In this document: positions 13,277-37,949 of the stretch, one piece after another
How the letters are laid out: each line of letters opens with the position of its first letter
Numbering within the stretch: position 1 is the first letter of the stretch
Origin: Amoebidium appalachense
Lineage: Eukaryota > Protista > Ichthyosporea
Direction: 5' to 3'
DNA: 64,000 bases
Assembly (NCBI GenBank): GCA_963693365.1
Contig: CAVNZM010000011.1
Span: 682,001 to 746,000 of the forward strand
The notes under the pieces: generated by a model
Seen by the model: the letters and a program-made list of their open reading frames with translations, nothing else
What the model was told of the DNA's origin: nothing
The model's database searches: none
Program-made: the position numbers and the translations under genes

Positions 13277-14179
13277 ATATCCCGTATGTTGTGATAGTTG
13301 CATCTTTCGAAGACCCACTTACGCACACATTAACTGCACACCATGTGCGTGGCATTTATCATGTGTACCGGCTACACTGTATAGTCATTGTTGTCTACTT
13401 GTATTCTCTGTGTGCTTGTGGCTGGCCCACCACACCGCTTGGGTGCTGCCGTGCTGGACACTGTATGGCCCCAGGCCAAAGTTTATAGTTAGAGCCATAT
13501 ATGTGGCACACCCCTGATATATATGCACATGCGTTTGGTGCACAATTCACCACCATTTGCATGTACGTATACATACTGCTTACGTTCATGAACACTGGTA
13601 ATGCAGGTATTGACTCGGTTGGACAGAAGGATTTATTAGGCCAACTTTACTGGCTGGGCAACCCGGGGGTTATAATGCTGTAAGGCAACAAATCTACGGC
13701 ATTCATTTTATGTGTACAGCACGTGATATACACAATCAAAATCAATAAGAACCATTCGTGATCATCTATTACTTACATGTTCTCACTGAGTCTCTTTACG
13801 ATGTAACACAGCATGCTAACCACAGAATATCCAACAAATAATTACGCTGTGTCAGCATATATGGGCATGCGCGGCAATGCCGGTACCCACATGAAGGGGT
13901 CAGCTATCTACATAGTTAATGGCATGCACACGGTAGCGCTGATACTTGGAGCCTATGCCATGGCCCACGTGTACATCACCACTAGCTGGTGGCATGGTCT
14001 ACACCTCACGCGCTAACGTTCAGGCCTGGCCGGCGCCTGCATTGCCGGCCTAATCATCGACAAGGCCGATTATACACTATTTAAAAACACTAACGTACAT
14101 GCTTGTGGTTTAAATTTTCGTGTGGGATGGATGACGTGAAGATGCCATACACACCTACACACGGTGGTGCCCCACGTAG

Positions 14180-18615
<4,436 letters not shown>

Positions 18616-18766
18616 GCTGCTAGACACTGACAACTTTCATCGACTCTTCCCTTTCTGTTGCTACTAATGGTTCTTGCTGGCACAGCCTGACCGTCTCTCG
18701 ATGAGACTCTCTGCCAGAGTCTCTGGAACTCAGCTGGTTGCCGAAGCTTCGTGAAAACGAAAAACG

Positions 18767-18785
18767 TGGCGTCATCTGATTGGTT
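18767..18785 (-). promoter_or_regulatory. CCAAT box adjacent to a CRE-like TGACGCCA, ~155 bp upstream of the transporter ATG
   Basis: The minus strand reads AACCAATCAGATGACGCCA. Confidence 0.4.
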
Positions 18786-19680
18786 TGAATCGCACCCTCA
18801 GGAATTCAACAGGAATGCCGCCGGCCGGGGTGCAGGGACGCATGCCGGCGGCAGGCCGCCGGCTTCACTACAGAGTCATGTCGAATTCCTCACATAAACG
18901 TTTTCTTTGTGTGCATGCCACCGTGCATGGTGATGCTCGGGGCTTGGGGTCACGCCAAAAAGTTCTGTTGCAAGAGTGACCATCAATGCACAGCACCGTT
19001 GAAAGACCAACCCTCCCCCCCCCCCCCCCCCCCCCTCCTCCCCCCCCCCTCCCGGATCCCCCCCTCCCTTCCCCTTCCCTTTGAACCCCCAGAAAACAAC
19101 CCACGCACCCCTTTTCCACCGATCAAGCTCCCTTTCGACCAGGCCACCTGTATCCACACACAGACGCACATGTGTGCGCGAGGGTTGAAATACACATACA
19201 GTAATGTGACCAGACCAAATCTGCTGGCTGGTACCATGGTGGGCAATGAACTTCCGAGGTTAGTGGTGAACCGTAAAAAGAGGCTGTGCTAAGAACAACA
19301 GGACATACTGCTCCAGGTTTATTGAGTATTACAGCCCTGTTAGGGATTTGCAGAGACATGGTAGTGGTAGAACGTCAGAGGATATTCGAACGTTTGAATG
19401 ACTGTTGGTATCAATTGCAAAAGTATGGATGGTATCAACGGTTCTTGTTTTTCTGCGAATACCTTTCCAATGTTGTTCTTGTGGAGTGGTTCACAGGGTG
19501 TGGGTGTGTTTGTTTGTGTGTGTGGGGGAGGGGGAAGGGGGGGAGGGGGGGGGGGGGGGGGGTCATCTGTGTGTGTATGCGGTCGTGGTGGTGGTGGCGG
19601 TGGGCAGTGGTAGAGGTGGGGTTGAGTTTGCAACATAAGCAGAACCCGGCGGGGGAGGAGGAGTTCAAGGAGTCCCGTGT

Positions 19681-19711
<31 letters not shown>

Positions 19712-20319
19712 GGGGGGGGAGGGGGGAGGGGCGGGGAGGGGAGGGGGGGCGGGGGGAGAGGGGGGGGGGGGGGGTTGCCACAAAGCAAGACAGCAGTGTG
19801 CATGGCCTCTTTGTGCTCGTCTCTGGGTTGGGTGGTTGTGTGTGTGTACCCTACTTGTGCACAGCACAGTGTTCCCACCGAAGTGGCTTCTAGTCGGCTG
19901 TTCGGTTACTGTTGCAGAGCCAACGAAGAGCTTCAGGCTTTAGATAAATTTACGTGGACTATATTATGTATTTAGTTTTACCCGTATGTTCATAAATTTC
20001 CGCTCCCCTTCCGCCCTCCCCACACAACACAAACACACAGACCACCACTGCCATCACCACGACCCTTGCCGCCGTGACACACAATAGAAAGAAGAAAAGA
20101 AGGAGAATAAGGGTAAGATAGAGGGGAGGGGAAAAGGAGAGAAAAAAATCATGAAAGAAGCAGAGGCCCACACACACACACGAGGGGTACTCTTCATCCA
20201 GTGCAAGGGATTGTGGTGCAGGCGGGCGGTGGTCAGCCGGCTACGGGGTTGAGGATGGGTGCTGGGGGAAAGATTAAGGGTGTGTGTGTATGGGGGGCCC
20301 CGGGGAGGGGGGAGGGGGG

Positions 20320-20360
20320 TTTGAATGCGAAACACCGTACGAAGTACACATACACGATGA
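20320..20360 (-). mobile_element. Poly-C-anchored repeat, 3'-terminal fragment C
   Basis: Reverse complement TCATCGTGTATGTGTACTTCGTACGGTGTTTCGCATTCAAA-(C)n matches the 3' end of the copy at 59642-59683. Confidence 0.7.
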
Positions 20361-20550
20361 GGGAGGGAGGGGGGGGGGGGGGGAGGGAGAGGGGGCTGAG
20401 GGGTTGAGGGGGGGGGGGGGGGGGGGGGGGCTGGAGAAGGGGTGGGGGGACCTTAGCCCACTGATGAGATGTTTAAGTCTATGTGCGCACCGTAAAGCAA
20501 CCTACCACTAAGCACACAGCCAAACACACGCCCTACCCGTTTCCCACCAC

Positions 20551-21315
20551 TCAGAACAGGTGTGGACACACGGCTGTGACGTCAGGCACCCTGTAGCCAT
20601 TCCACCGTGCCACATAGTCCCCCAGGCGGGCAAACCCCAACAGGCCGTAATATGTTGCCAGTTTCTTCTTGGCTGCTTCAAAGGCCTTTAGCTCCGCCCC
20701 CGCCACAGCCTTGCCCTCATATTGTAGAGGGTAAGGCTTGAGGAGCGTCAGAGACATACCAGAGTTGATAACCTTGCACGCTGCGTCCACCATAAAAAGT
20801 CCTAGCCCAATCCCCCTGTGCTCTTGCTCCACCTCGATTCTTCTGATGAACAGAAAGTCGCCCTGATAGATCTCCCAGCTCTCACCAACTTCGTTTACGA
20901 ATTTCCGGCATCGTTTCAGAATGCCGGACTCATCAAATATTGAACATAGGTCAGCGAGTTCCTGCGAGTGATCGTCGAGAATTTCGTGCAGATCCTTTCC
21001 CTCGTTCAGAATGTTCCCCCGTAGTATGTTGATGCAATCTATTTTCCCCGCCACTTCGCTCACTCCTGCTAATTCAGCTTTGTAATAAAGAGTGCCGGTG
21101 TATTCGGCCAGCTCTGAGTACTCTGGGTTCAGACATACGTCCAGGCTCCACTTCAGTAGTTGTATGCTTTGCGGTTGACATAGTCGAGTGTCTTCTTGGG
21201 CCGATACGGCACAACTGGCTTGGGTGCGCGAAACATTTTTGGATGGGGTAAAAAACAGATCTAGGGTAGGAAACCCTGGGTGTGAAGGCCGGAGGAGATG
21301 GAAAGCGGAAGCCAA
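20551..21315 (-). CDS. GNAT-fold acetyltransferase-like protein; start codon unresolved
   Basis: Uninterrupted 254-codon ORF of normal composition with GNAT motif A (FLFIRRIEVEQEHRGIGLGLFMV) and a C-terminal KKLATYYGLLGFARLG motif-B-like segment. There is no in-frame ATG before motif A. Confidence 0.7.
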   Translation of the reverse strand: MASAFHLLRPSHPGFPTLDLFFTPSKNVSRTQASCAVSAQEDTRLCQPQSIQLLKWSLDVCLNPEYSELAEYTGTLYYKAELAGVSEVAGKIDCINILRGNILNEGKDLHEILDDHSQELADLCSIFDESGILKRCRKFVNEVGESWEIYQGDFLFIRRIEVEQEHRGIGLGLFMVDAACKVINSGMSLTLLKPYPLQYEGKAVAGAELKAFEAAKKKLATYYGLLGFARLGDYVARWNGYRVPDVTAVCPHLF

Positions 21316-21571
21316 GAGGATTTATAGCGCAGTTGGTGCGATTCTGCAAATATGTGCAACCGAGTCAGGCTTTGCACTAAACCCAAGCCCCTATGCATAC
21401 GGTTTTTTTTTGTTTTTTTTTTGAAAGGTGCCGTTGCATGTTCTATTAGGTTGCTGAGCAGCAAGGTTGCCCGGGCTGGCAGTGAGCAGGTGCCGGCCCT
21501 GCGCGATCGAACGGTGGAGAGCCGCGATCTAAAAGATGGCGCGCTGATAAGGACCCCAAAATATCTGGAAC

Positions 21572-22539
21572 ATGGTATATATTCGCACTTTTGTCTTCCC
21601 GGCATGTGAATATTGTTTACCCCTTCTCGCCGCTTGGATCAAGAAAGAGAGAACTAGAGCGCTTAAACCCTTGGCAAATTTCCTTGAAGCAGAAGTTGCC
21701 TCCTTTCTATCTAACAACTGTTGTAAACCTGGGCCTGTAACGCTCTCGATATATGGTCTGGTCCCAATAGCTGCTAGAGTATCCTATCTCGCGCTGAAAT
21801 TCAATAAGCACATAAGCCGCTTAAAGAAGTATTTGCCCTCCCACCCTCTCTTCTCTATCCGACCTGTCCCCTCCTCACCTCTCCCCTCTTTCCTCCCCTC
21901 TCTCTCCCCTTCTCCCCTGGGCACAAATACAAATAAACCCCGCAATAGTGTGTGTGTGACTTTGGACTGCCACTTACTTATTAAACATGTACACAATCAC
22001 AAGATAATCACGCAATATAACAAATGGAAAAAGATACCACACGACACTAGACCCGATGAAAGCATACACCTTGAAAAACTAAGCCTTATGTCTCGTTTTA
22101 TATATACTGACCGCCTCAACCATATTGCCAAATATGGCACTCGCAAGTGTATAACACCTAAATACATATTACCTTCCTGTAGAACTGGTCTTTCTCTAGC
22201 TGATGGTATTATTGATCAATTACCACGCTTTTACTGTACACGTGCTATACAGTGGAGATCTAATAAGTATAAGGTGGCATCATTTGCATGCCCAAACAAC
22301 ACACACACACACCAGTTTAACCGGTCATGTATCGCCAAATGTAGTTTGATAGACCACATAATACCGCAACACACACACGTCACATTCACAACAGACACCC
22401 AGAAAGATAGCCTACCTGTAAATTACAACATCCTTGATTTTATACTAAACACGCGTAACTACGACCTGTTTATTAGATGTATTGATTGGCTTGAGAAACA
22501 CATCACTACAAAATTATAGCGCACGCGCACACACACACA

Positions 22540-22587
<48 letters not shown>
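21572..22587 (+). mobile_element. 5'-truncated non-LTR retrotransposon (LINE ORF2 C-terminal part) ending in a (CA)n tract
   Basis: 315-codon AT-rich intronless ORF. It opens with YIRTFVFPACEYCLPL, resembling the RT-thumb Y...V.P..EY motif, and has a Cys/His C-terminal region (QWR...CP...H...C...C, NILDFILN). Stop TAG at 22517-22519 is followed immediately by (CG/CA)n to 22587. No RT catalytic core is present. Confidence 0.65.
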
Positions 22588-22588
<1 letters not shown>

Positions 22589-22620
22589 CCAGCTGATACC
22601 GAGTGTCCCGAGGGGAGCCC

Positions 22621-22656
<36 letters not shown>

Positions 22657-23401
22657 GGGGGAACCCCAACTAATTGATTTCTCCTTGTAGTCTTTATGGT
22701 GTCTCGTAGAGAAAGTAAACCCTGATATATAGTCACCACCCGACATCTATGTACGTGATCATGATATACCGCTGAGGGGATATTCCGAGCAAAACCCCCC
22801 CCCCCATACCTGAGACTGGTTCTCTTTGCCTCGAGTAAACAGCGTAAACCCCATGGTATATCACACCTGTACTATCTCGTCGTTTACCTGTGATGGCTAT
22901 GCCTGGTGAACACCGTGAAGCCAGCCACGTGCATATACTCTCACTGATAAATGGTTTTGTACACCACAAATTTTAACGCTCATTTATTTTCCGCGGCGGA
23001 CTTAACGTATATGTGCATATTTGGCCCGCAAAATTTTAAACCTTAATATATACACAAAAAATGGCCCGGGCTGAAATATTTGAAGGTGTGTCAGTGCGTT
23101 CGCTGGACATTATGCCAATGCACACAGTAACTGCTACAGTAGATTCCGTATGTACATGTTGGTCTTCCATACATTCAAAGGCCACACATTTGTCAGCATA
23201 TATGCATATCACAATAATCCGGATGAAAACTCCTTCATTCTATTACAAAAACGAAACAGATCAGAAGTGTTTGTCCCTGCTACCCACATGCATGTCACAC
23301 GCACGCACATGCGCACGCACGCACACGCGCACGCACGCAATCACGCACGCATGCACGCATGCACGCACAGACACGTCCATGCAAATAGGCATGGGCCGTT
23401 A

Positions 23402-30048
<6,647 letters not shown>

Positions 30049-32885
30049 GGTTCCTATGTGTGTGTGTGCCGGGGGGGGGGGGGGGGGGGGGTAGGGAGGG
30101 GGGGGGGGGGGGGGGGGGGGGAAGGAGAGGGGCCTAGGCGGAGTCTAGGAACGGAACCTGGGGAGGGAAGGGGAGGGGCGAAGGGGGGGTCCCCGGGAGG
30201 GGTTTGTGGATCTGTGATTGTGTTTGAAAGGAGGGGTTCCCGATTAGCTTGTGATTACACAGTAGTGGGTGGGTGTGATGCACGTGCTCGGGGGATGGAA
30301 ATAGGGTGGTGTGTGTATGCGTGCGTGCGTGTGTATGCGTGCGTGTGTTTGTTTGGGGGGGGCGGGGACGGGGTGGGGGTGGGGGGAGGAGGGGGGGGGA
30401 GGGGGGACCGGGGGGGGGGGAGGGGGGCAATCGTTATCATAGGCGGGAGGATGGGGAAACGGAAGATTTGGGGGCCGGGGGCTCTTAGTGGGGCGGGGCC
30501 GGGGGGAAAGGGGAGAATCGGGAGCCGGGGGCTCACGGCGGGACGGGGCGGGTGAGATGGGGGGAGGGGAGGAGGGGGGGGAGAGGGGGGGGAGGGGGGG
30601 AGGGGGGGGGGGAAGGGAGGGGGGGAGGTGGATCTGATGTGCAGGTGCTACCGAGCCATTACTATGTGGCCACGCCCAAAGATTTCTTCTCGACACTGTC
30701 ATAACGAAGAATTCCCTTTGGCCTAAGATGAAAGAGCTTGGCCAAACATGAGGACTGGTTGCACCCGTGATGCACTGCCCCACCGGTGGTTGCCTAACAT
30801 ATACACACCTGCTTATAGTTGGCGGCCGTCTCCTTCTCCGCGGGCTCTATCTAATGCATACATACACACACATAAAGGTAGCTATAGCTACGCAGTGGTG
30901 CACTCGCGCACACCCGCTTTCAGAGTCCACTGAGTTGTTCACTGCTGTGTTGTCTAAAAGTGAACAGCTTGAGTACTGTACTGTAGGGTAAACAGCAGTT
31001 CAGTGCTCAGCAGGAACACTGTGAGGATCCCCCAAGACCTTCCTAGAGCTGGTGTCCATCGCAGAAACTTTCAGCCATATTTTCGTGCGTGTGTCATGCG
31101 TAGAGAAATCACGAGATTTCCTAGACTACAACGTTTATTTGAATAAATTAACATGATTAATGCTATTTTCACGTAGTGTATTATCAAACATGTGCGTAAC
31201 TGCATATGAATATTTGAAGGGGAGAAAAACTATCAGCAGGTACCACTCCAAATTTGGGAGTTTGGGAGATTTGACATGATGCGCTGCCAGCCAATCACTG
31301 AAGTGAGTCCAAAAACCTCGGGTGTACATGTAGCGTTTTCGTGACGAAAACTTGAACTTGAGGGTAAGGCAGGCTGGCAAGGTCGCACTCTGTTGAGTCA
31401 GAGTGGGAGGCCTCTCTAGAAGGCCTAGGCACAGTCAGGGCGTGCCAGACGTCAGAGGGAGCCGAATCTCTGGAACTCACTTGCCTAATGCTGGATTGGT
31501 CGGGGACCTCAACTGTCCGTATGACTGTCAATACGATGTGGTCATCGGTATGCAACACTAGCTGTGAGACTGATCATGAGTTGGTCCGGCACTCCGGCGT
31601 CGACTCAAGAGATCTCCACTGGTCACGGCTTTTGCGCTGAACTTAGGTGTACAGTAGGTGTATAAATTACGGTCTTTTCCTTTTCCTGCATTTGGGAGCC
31701 GCAGTGTAATGTGTACACACAAAAAAGTTACCAAACACAGACGTCGACCAAGCCTTGGCACAAACTGTTGTATCCAGATGTAAAGGCAGATAGATTCCAC
31801 AAAACACACCGAAAGCAAACCAGTGCGCACTAGCGTGCAGTGTAGAAAAGCGGGCGATCGAGCGCACTGACAAGGGCGCCCAAGAAAACACAACCACGAT
31901 ATTAGCAGGGCTGTTACCTCGCCCTAACCAAAATGCCACGGGAGTACCATACAAATGCACAACGCTACGGGACTACCCTCATGCATCCACCCAACTCTGA
32001 CAGGTATACAGGGATACCCTGATGAGCCCGTGGAGTCTCCCTTCCATTCATTCGTAGACCCCGCTAAAAAATATTGCGCTAGTGTACTGTACACGATGGG
32101 CCCACCATGTCTGCATTACAGGCCTATTCTGGTTTGGGTCACGTGATCAGGATTTTCTTGTGAGGCCGTCGCCAAAACATAAGGGTGTTACAGCCTACGA
32201 TAAGACCTGAATAATTATTGACCTTGGGGTTGGCATGGTGGAGGAACAAGTTTTTTTTGTGTGCGTGTTGGGGGAGGGGTCCTATTTTAACAAGCGGAAG
32301 GGGAGAGAGGGGGAGGGGGAGGGGGGGGGGGGAGGGGGGGGGGGGAGGGAGGGGGGAGGGCGGGGGGGGGGGGGGGGGGGGTAGCTTTGTACCATAACAT
32401 GCAAAATACAGGGGGGCTGAGCCTTGGTCTGCACCCTGAGCATGTCAACCTCTCGGCAGCCATATTGCCGCGCTTCTCTGTCGTTCCCCGGCACATATTG
32501 ATGCACGCCAGATACCTTGCCTATCACCATTTACTCTCGCTGTAATACTATAGTGTCGAAGATGCTCTGCAAAATGACCAGTGGTGCACGGGCCCTCCGT
32601 CCCCCCCTCCCCCTCCCCCCGGCCCCAGTCTCGATCTCGAGTCCCTTCCCTGTTTCACCAGTAATATTAACACTGTACTACATGTTGTCGTCTATTGGGT
32701 ACTGAATGGTCACAGAACACCTATTCCAGTATGCTACCAGACCGGGGCCGCGTGATCTGGCCGCATGCGTACACGGATGTTGAAAGACTTTTGTGATTTA
32801 TATTGTGGATCTGAAAGAGAAGTCGGGGAGAAGGGTAGGAAGAGAGGGGGGGGGGGGAAGGGGTTGGGTGGGTGGGTGGGTGTGT

Positions 32886-32943
<58 letters not shown>

Positions 32944-33903
32944 GAGAGGGGGAGGTGGCGCAAGGGCAACGAGCAGAACACCACGTGCACGCCCCACCTT
33001 CTTTCTGGCAATGACTCTTACGGTGACGATCTGTTAGACCAAAGGGGCACAGTGCAGGTGGGCTTTAGGCAGGTTAGGTACACCTAAAACGGTAGCAGGC
33101 ACAAAAGTGAAGGCAACCATAGACACGGTCTGCTATATATGAGTCGGAAAGTGTCAGCCACCCAACATACACGTGCATAGTTAACCACTTGAAGCTGTCA
33201 AGTGCACAGAAGAGTGTTGAGTGCGCTTCAGTCAGAGCACTGCACGTACAGATGTGATCGCTCCGAAATTTTTGAAGATCGGGTGAGTAACTTCACAACT
33301 AGATCAGTTTTGGCAGTTTAAGAGAAGTTGGTGTAGCAATCCCGGCAGTGTTTATAAACTTGTAATCGCAGGCTGCCAACCAAAAGTACACAGACATCAT
33401 TTCGTACCGTCATTTCCAACTTTTTCCTGCAGAGCGGCCTTCACGGCAGGCTTGAGAACAAACATCACTTTGGAGGTTTTGCAGTGTTTTTTGACAAGTA
33501 TACAATTTGGGCCTGGTGAGCTTTTGAGGGTTTGACTGTTTTAATCTTGATTACCGCCATTTCCTTCGATCAACGGGTAGAAGCAAGCACACGCCAAAGG
33601 TGGAGCCAGGACAGCCAAAAACACGTTCCACACGACAAGATAGCCGTGTGTACGCCACGTTTACGCAGGCACGCACGTACACGCACACGCACACCTACAC
33701 GCACACGCAAATACAAACACGTATGTGTGCGCGCACACACGCACACGCACACATACACAAACGCAGAAGCACTTCAGCGCTCACGTGCGCATAAGAGGCG
33801 CAAACTCGGAGGTAGGCAGGCAGGCAGGCAGGCATACATCTCTCACAACGAAAAGCACACTCCACGAGAAGGCATATACGCGCACAAGCGCGAATATGTA
33901 AGC

Positions 33904-34606
33904 ATGGCAAGTGGGGAGGAGTCAGATCGCAAGCGGCCGGCACCCACCAATGGCACGAGCACTGGAGGGAGCACCGAGTATGATGATGACACGGTCATAA
34001 ACGGGGGGGAGTGGACCACACAGTCCTCACAGGAGGCCTTTAAGAAGCACAGGCCAGAGGGGCCCCTGCCTGAGGATGAGACATTTTATATACGGGAGGA
34101 GGAGCTGGACCCAAACCCCATGTTGCAGTTTGGAAAGTTTTTTGCAAAGGTGTGTTGTTCGTTAATACACACACATAGGCACCACACACATACACACACG
34201 CACGCACACACACACACACACGAACAAAAACATACCGAGCCACCCACTTGCCCACCCACCCACCCACACGCACACACACATCCATACACGTTCGCGCACG
34301 AACAGACACACGTGCACACCACACTCCGCCTTATGTGACAATGGGCTCACCATTGCACCTACAGTACTTGTGCAAGCATGCACACACGCATGCACGTACA
34401 CATCCAGGCACCCGTGCAAGCACATGCACGCATCCTGTACACACACACACAGGCACATAGATGCGTGCAAATACATTGGGGGATGCGTGAGCAGTGTAAG
34501 TGTGTGGCAGAACACACAGTAATGCCCGGCACCTACAGCCTCTCACTCTATCTTGCACCGACCAACACACACCCCCTCCTCCCCCCTGCCCCCTGCCCCC
34601 TGCCCC

Positions 34607-34663
<57 letters not shown>

Positions 34664-34949
34664 CCCCTCTATTTTTCCCCCCGAGCCCCGTTCTTTCGTG
34701 GGGGCATAAGAACCCGAAGGTGTTGCCTCTGTTCCAAGCATCTCCTACCTGTACATCTAGTTTTATTTTATTCTGCCTAATAATAATTGTTTCTCCTTCT
34801 TTGCATTCTATGTTTGCCAAACTCTGATGTATCCCCCCCCCCCCCACTCCCCCCTCCCCCTCCAACGCATGCACCATACAAGCACATACGTACACAAACA
34901 CACACACACACACACACACCGGCATCACATACACACACACCGACACCAT

Positions 34950-34982
<33 letters not shown>

Positions 34983-35022
34983 ACACATACACACACGCCC
35001 ATGCACACACGCACACCCACGC

Positions 35023-35078
<56 letters not shown>

Positions 35079-37582
35079 TCCTTACGTCCCTTTAGCGTGC
35101 CAGCCTAAAGCCCAAGGGGCCACCAATCATGACGCTTGCCACGTGCTCAAAGTCAGGCAGACCATCAGCACGCACCGTTATTCTCAACGTAAGTGTTGTG
35201 TGTGTGTGTGTGTGTGTGCGCGCGCGCTAGCGCGTGAGTGTGTGTGTGTGTGTGTCTGTCTGTGTGTGTGTGTCTGTGTGAGTGTGGGTGGGTGGGTGGG
35301 TGTGTGGGCGCGTGCGCGCACTTGTGTGTAGGTGTGTGGAGGGGTGAAGCTGTGTGTGTATGTGTACTTTTTGTGTTAAGTAGATGGGTGTGGGTGGGGA
35401 TTGGGCTGGTTGTTGGTGTTCGTGTGGGTGTGGATGTTTGGTTGTGTGGTTGCGCACACGCACGGGTGTGAGATTGTGGCCGTGTGTGTAGTGTTGGTAA
35501 GTCAGTGGCTCGATGTGTCTGTGCATGTGCGTGTGTGTGTGTGCACACACCCCTTGCGAATGTGTGTATGTGTGTCTTTTTTCGTGTGGTATGCGTAGGT
35601 TTTTTTTTTTTTTTTTTTTTTTGGGGGGGGGGGGGGGAGTTTTGTATGTGTGCTGTGTGTGTGGGTGGGTGTTCGGGTGTGTGGGTGTGTGGGTGTGTTT
35701 CCATGCTTGTGTGTGTATTAGTGCTTGTATGTTTCCATGCTTGTGTGTGTATTAGTGCTTGTATGTTTCCATGCTTGTGTGTGTATTAGTGCTTGTATGT
35801 TGGAGAATGGCTGGGGGTTGGGATAGAAAAGTGATGCACCGGGACGGATTCAGGGAGGGGGAGGAGGGAGGGAGGCGAGGGGGAAGGGGGGGGGGGGAGA
35901 GGGGGGGCAGGCGGGCAGAGTGCGGGTCCTCGTGTGGTCTTGGGTCAGAGCGTTTTTGCTAGAGGAATACAAATGTTACGGGGGTGAACGATTTAGTGTG
36001 TTTGTGTGCACTGGAGTGGCTGTTACCATGTGCATGCATAGAGATATGCACATGGTGCTGACTGGGGGTGCAGGGGTTTGACGAGCATGGGTTTCTGTTT
36101 TTTACAAACTGCGAGAGCCTGAAGGGCCAAAACATCAGCGAGGTATTGCCCTCCCCCCCCCCCCCCCCCCCCCCCCTTCCCCGCCTCTTTTTCACATGCT
36201 CAATGCCACCATGCCCACAAAATACGTTTTCTCTACCTTTTCTCTCCAGGTGCTGGTGCGGCTTCTAGTGCCCCCTCCTCCTCCCCCCCTCCCCCCGCTG
36301 GACAGGAAAGGCTAAGGAGTCGAAACCCATTCCTTGGTGGAGGCATGGGGACCTCTTGAAGGATGGGCTCTTTTAGAGTGTCTTTCGCCTGCACTTCTTT
36401 TTTGTTCGTTTGTTTCTGGTTCCAGTGTCTTTATTATTTCTTCTTCTTCTTCTTCTTCTTCTTTGTCTTTTGTTGTCTCCACATTCCTTTTTCCGACCGT
36501 CTAAATACACACGTCCTTCCCCCCCCCCCCCCCCCCCCCCCCTTCTTCTCCCGCGGCACATTGACACACTAAATAGATGATGCCTTCGCCTCTTCTCCCT
36601 GTGTCTATCCTGTTCCTTTTTCTGCCGCAACATGAAAAGGAATGGGCATCTAATGACGTTGCACGGTGGGGGTGCAGAATCCACAAGCAGCCCTGGTGTT
36701 CTTCTGGCCCGAGATGATGTTGCAGGTGAGCCCTGGGCCTGGGTGGTGACGGGAGGGGGTATGGGGTGAGCAGTGGGTGTACGTGTGTGCTTGTGTGACA
36801 CGATGTCTTCCATGGTGTGTGTGTGTTGTGCATGTGGGTTTCTTGGGTGCACGTGCAGCTGGTTGTCTGTCAGAGGGAGTGTTCGTGTGTGGGCACATGC
36901 GATGTTATGTATGGGCCTGTGTGTGTTCGTTGGTGCATGAGTGGCTGCTGATATGAACGAGGTGTGGCTGTGTTTCTGCCGTGCCTCTGTGTGCCCTTCC
37001 ATTTGCAGTGCGCCGTGTCTGCTGTAGGTGCATGCTGCCTTGGGGTGGGTCCTGGTGCTCGGTCGATGTCCCGTGGATGGTCGTCGATCGTTGTGCTCTT
37101 GCTCATTGTCCTCTTCTTTTTCTCGTGTTGTTTTGCTTCCCTGCTGTCTATCATCTACCCAGTGTTACCCAACACCTGTCCTGCTAGCACTGACCCTTTC
37201 ACCCTTTGTTCAACTTGCAGGTGCGTGCAGAGGGGCGTGTGGAGAAGGGCAGCGAGCAGGACAATGTGCACTGCTTCGGCAAGATCCCAAGAAACATGAA
37301 GGTGCTGGCCATGGCTTACAAGCAGAGCTCAATAGTCGGTGAAAGGGGACCCTACGTCGAGCGCATAAAAAAGGTCTGTGCACTGTGTGTGCTTGTGTTG
37401 GTGGTCTTGCTGTTACTTTATGCTTGGTTTTGTTCTTTCCTGCATCATTTCTTGCTTCACCCTTCCTTTCGTTCATTCTTTTCTCTGATGTTATCCTTTA
37501 GGTCCCTTGTTTTTTATATATTTATTTATTTATTTATTTTTATTTTGTTTTATTTTTTATTTTTATTTTTTGGTAGTGGTGG

Positions 37583-37639
<57 letters not shown>

Positions 37640-37915
37640 CTGGGGGGCTAGAGACTGTTTTTAGTGTGACGATAGGCTATGGGTGGTGGGCCGGACTTGA
37701 GGGGTTCCACCAGTGGGCCAAAGTTCAACCAGACAAGTCAGTCAAAGCCAAGGCATGCCACGTGCATGCACAACTTAGGCCCTGGCCATGTGTCTGACCT
37801 GCTATTTTTAGATGTGGCACACGTACCCCTCCACCGTACCGTATCCCCCTGGCTGGACCTCCTACAAAGTCATTCCTGACCGCGTGGAGTTTTGGAATGG
37901 TACAGTCGCCCGCCC

Positions 37916-37949
<34 letters not shown>

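Noticed and set aside
19200-19975. 229-aa and 175-aa ORFs downstream of the GNAT-like gene
   Set aside because: Their length comes from G-runs and GT repeats, and the unique parts show no domain.
21500-21590. Minus-strand RYFGVLIS resembling the RT YLG motif (possible 5' inversion of the LINE)
   Set aside because: A single short motif with no supporting RT sequence; could be chance.
31295-32600. Short open frames between phoD and the PNPO-like gene
   Set aside because: No recognisable motifs and no phase-consistent exon chain.
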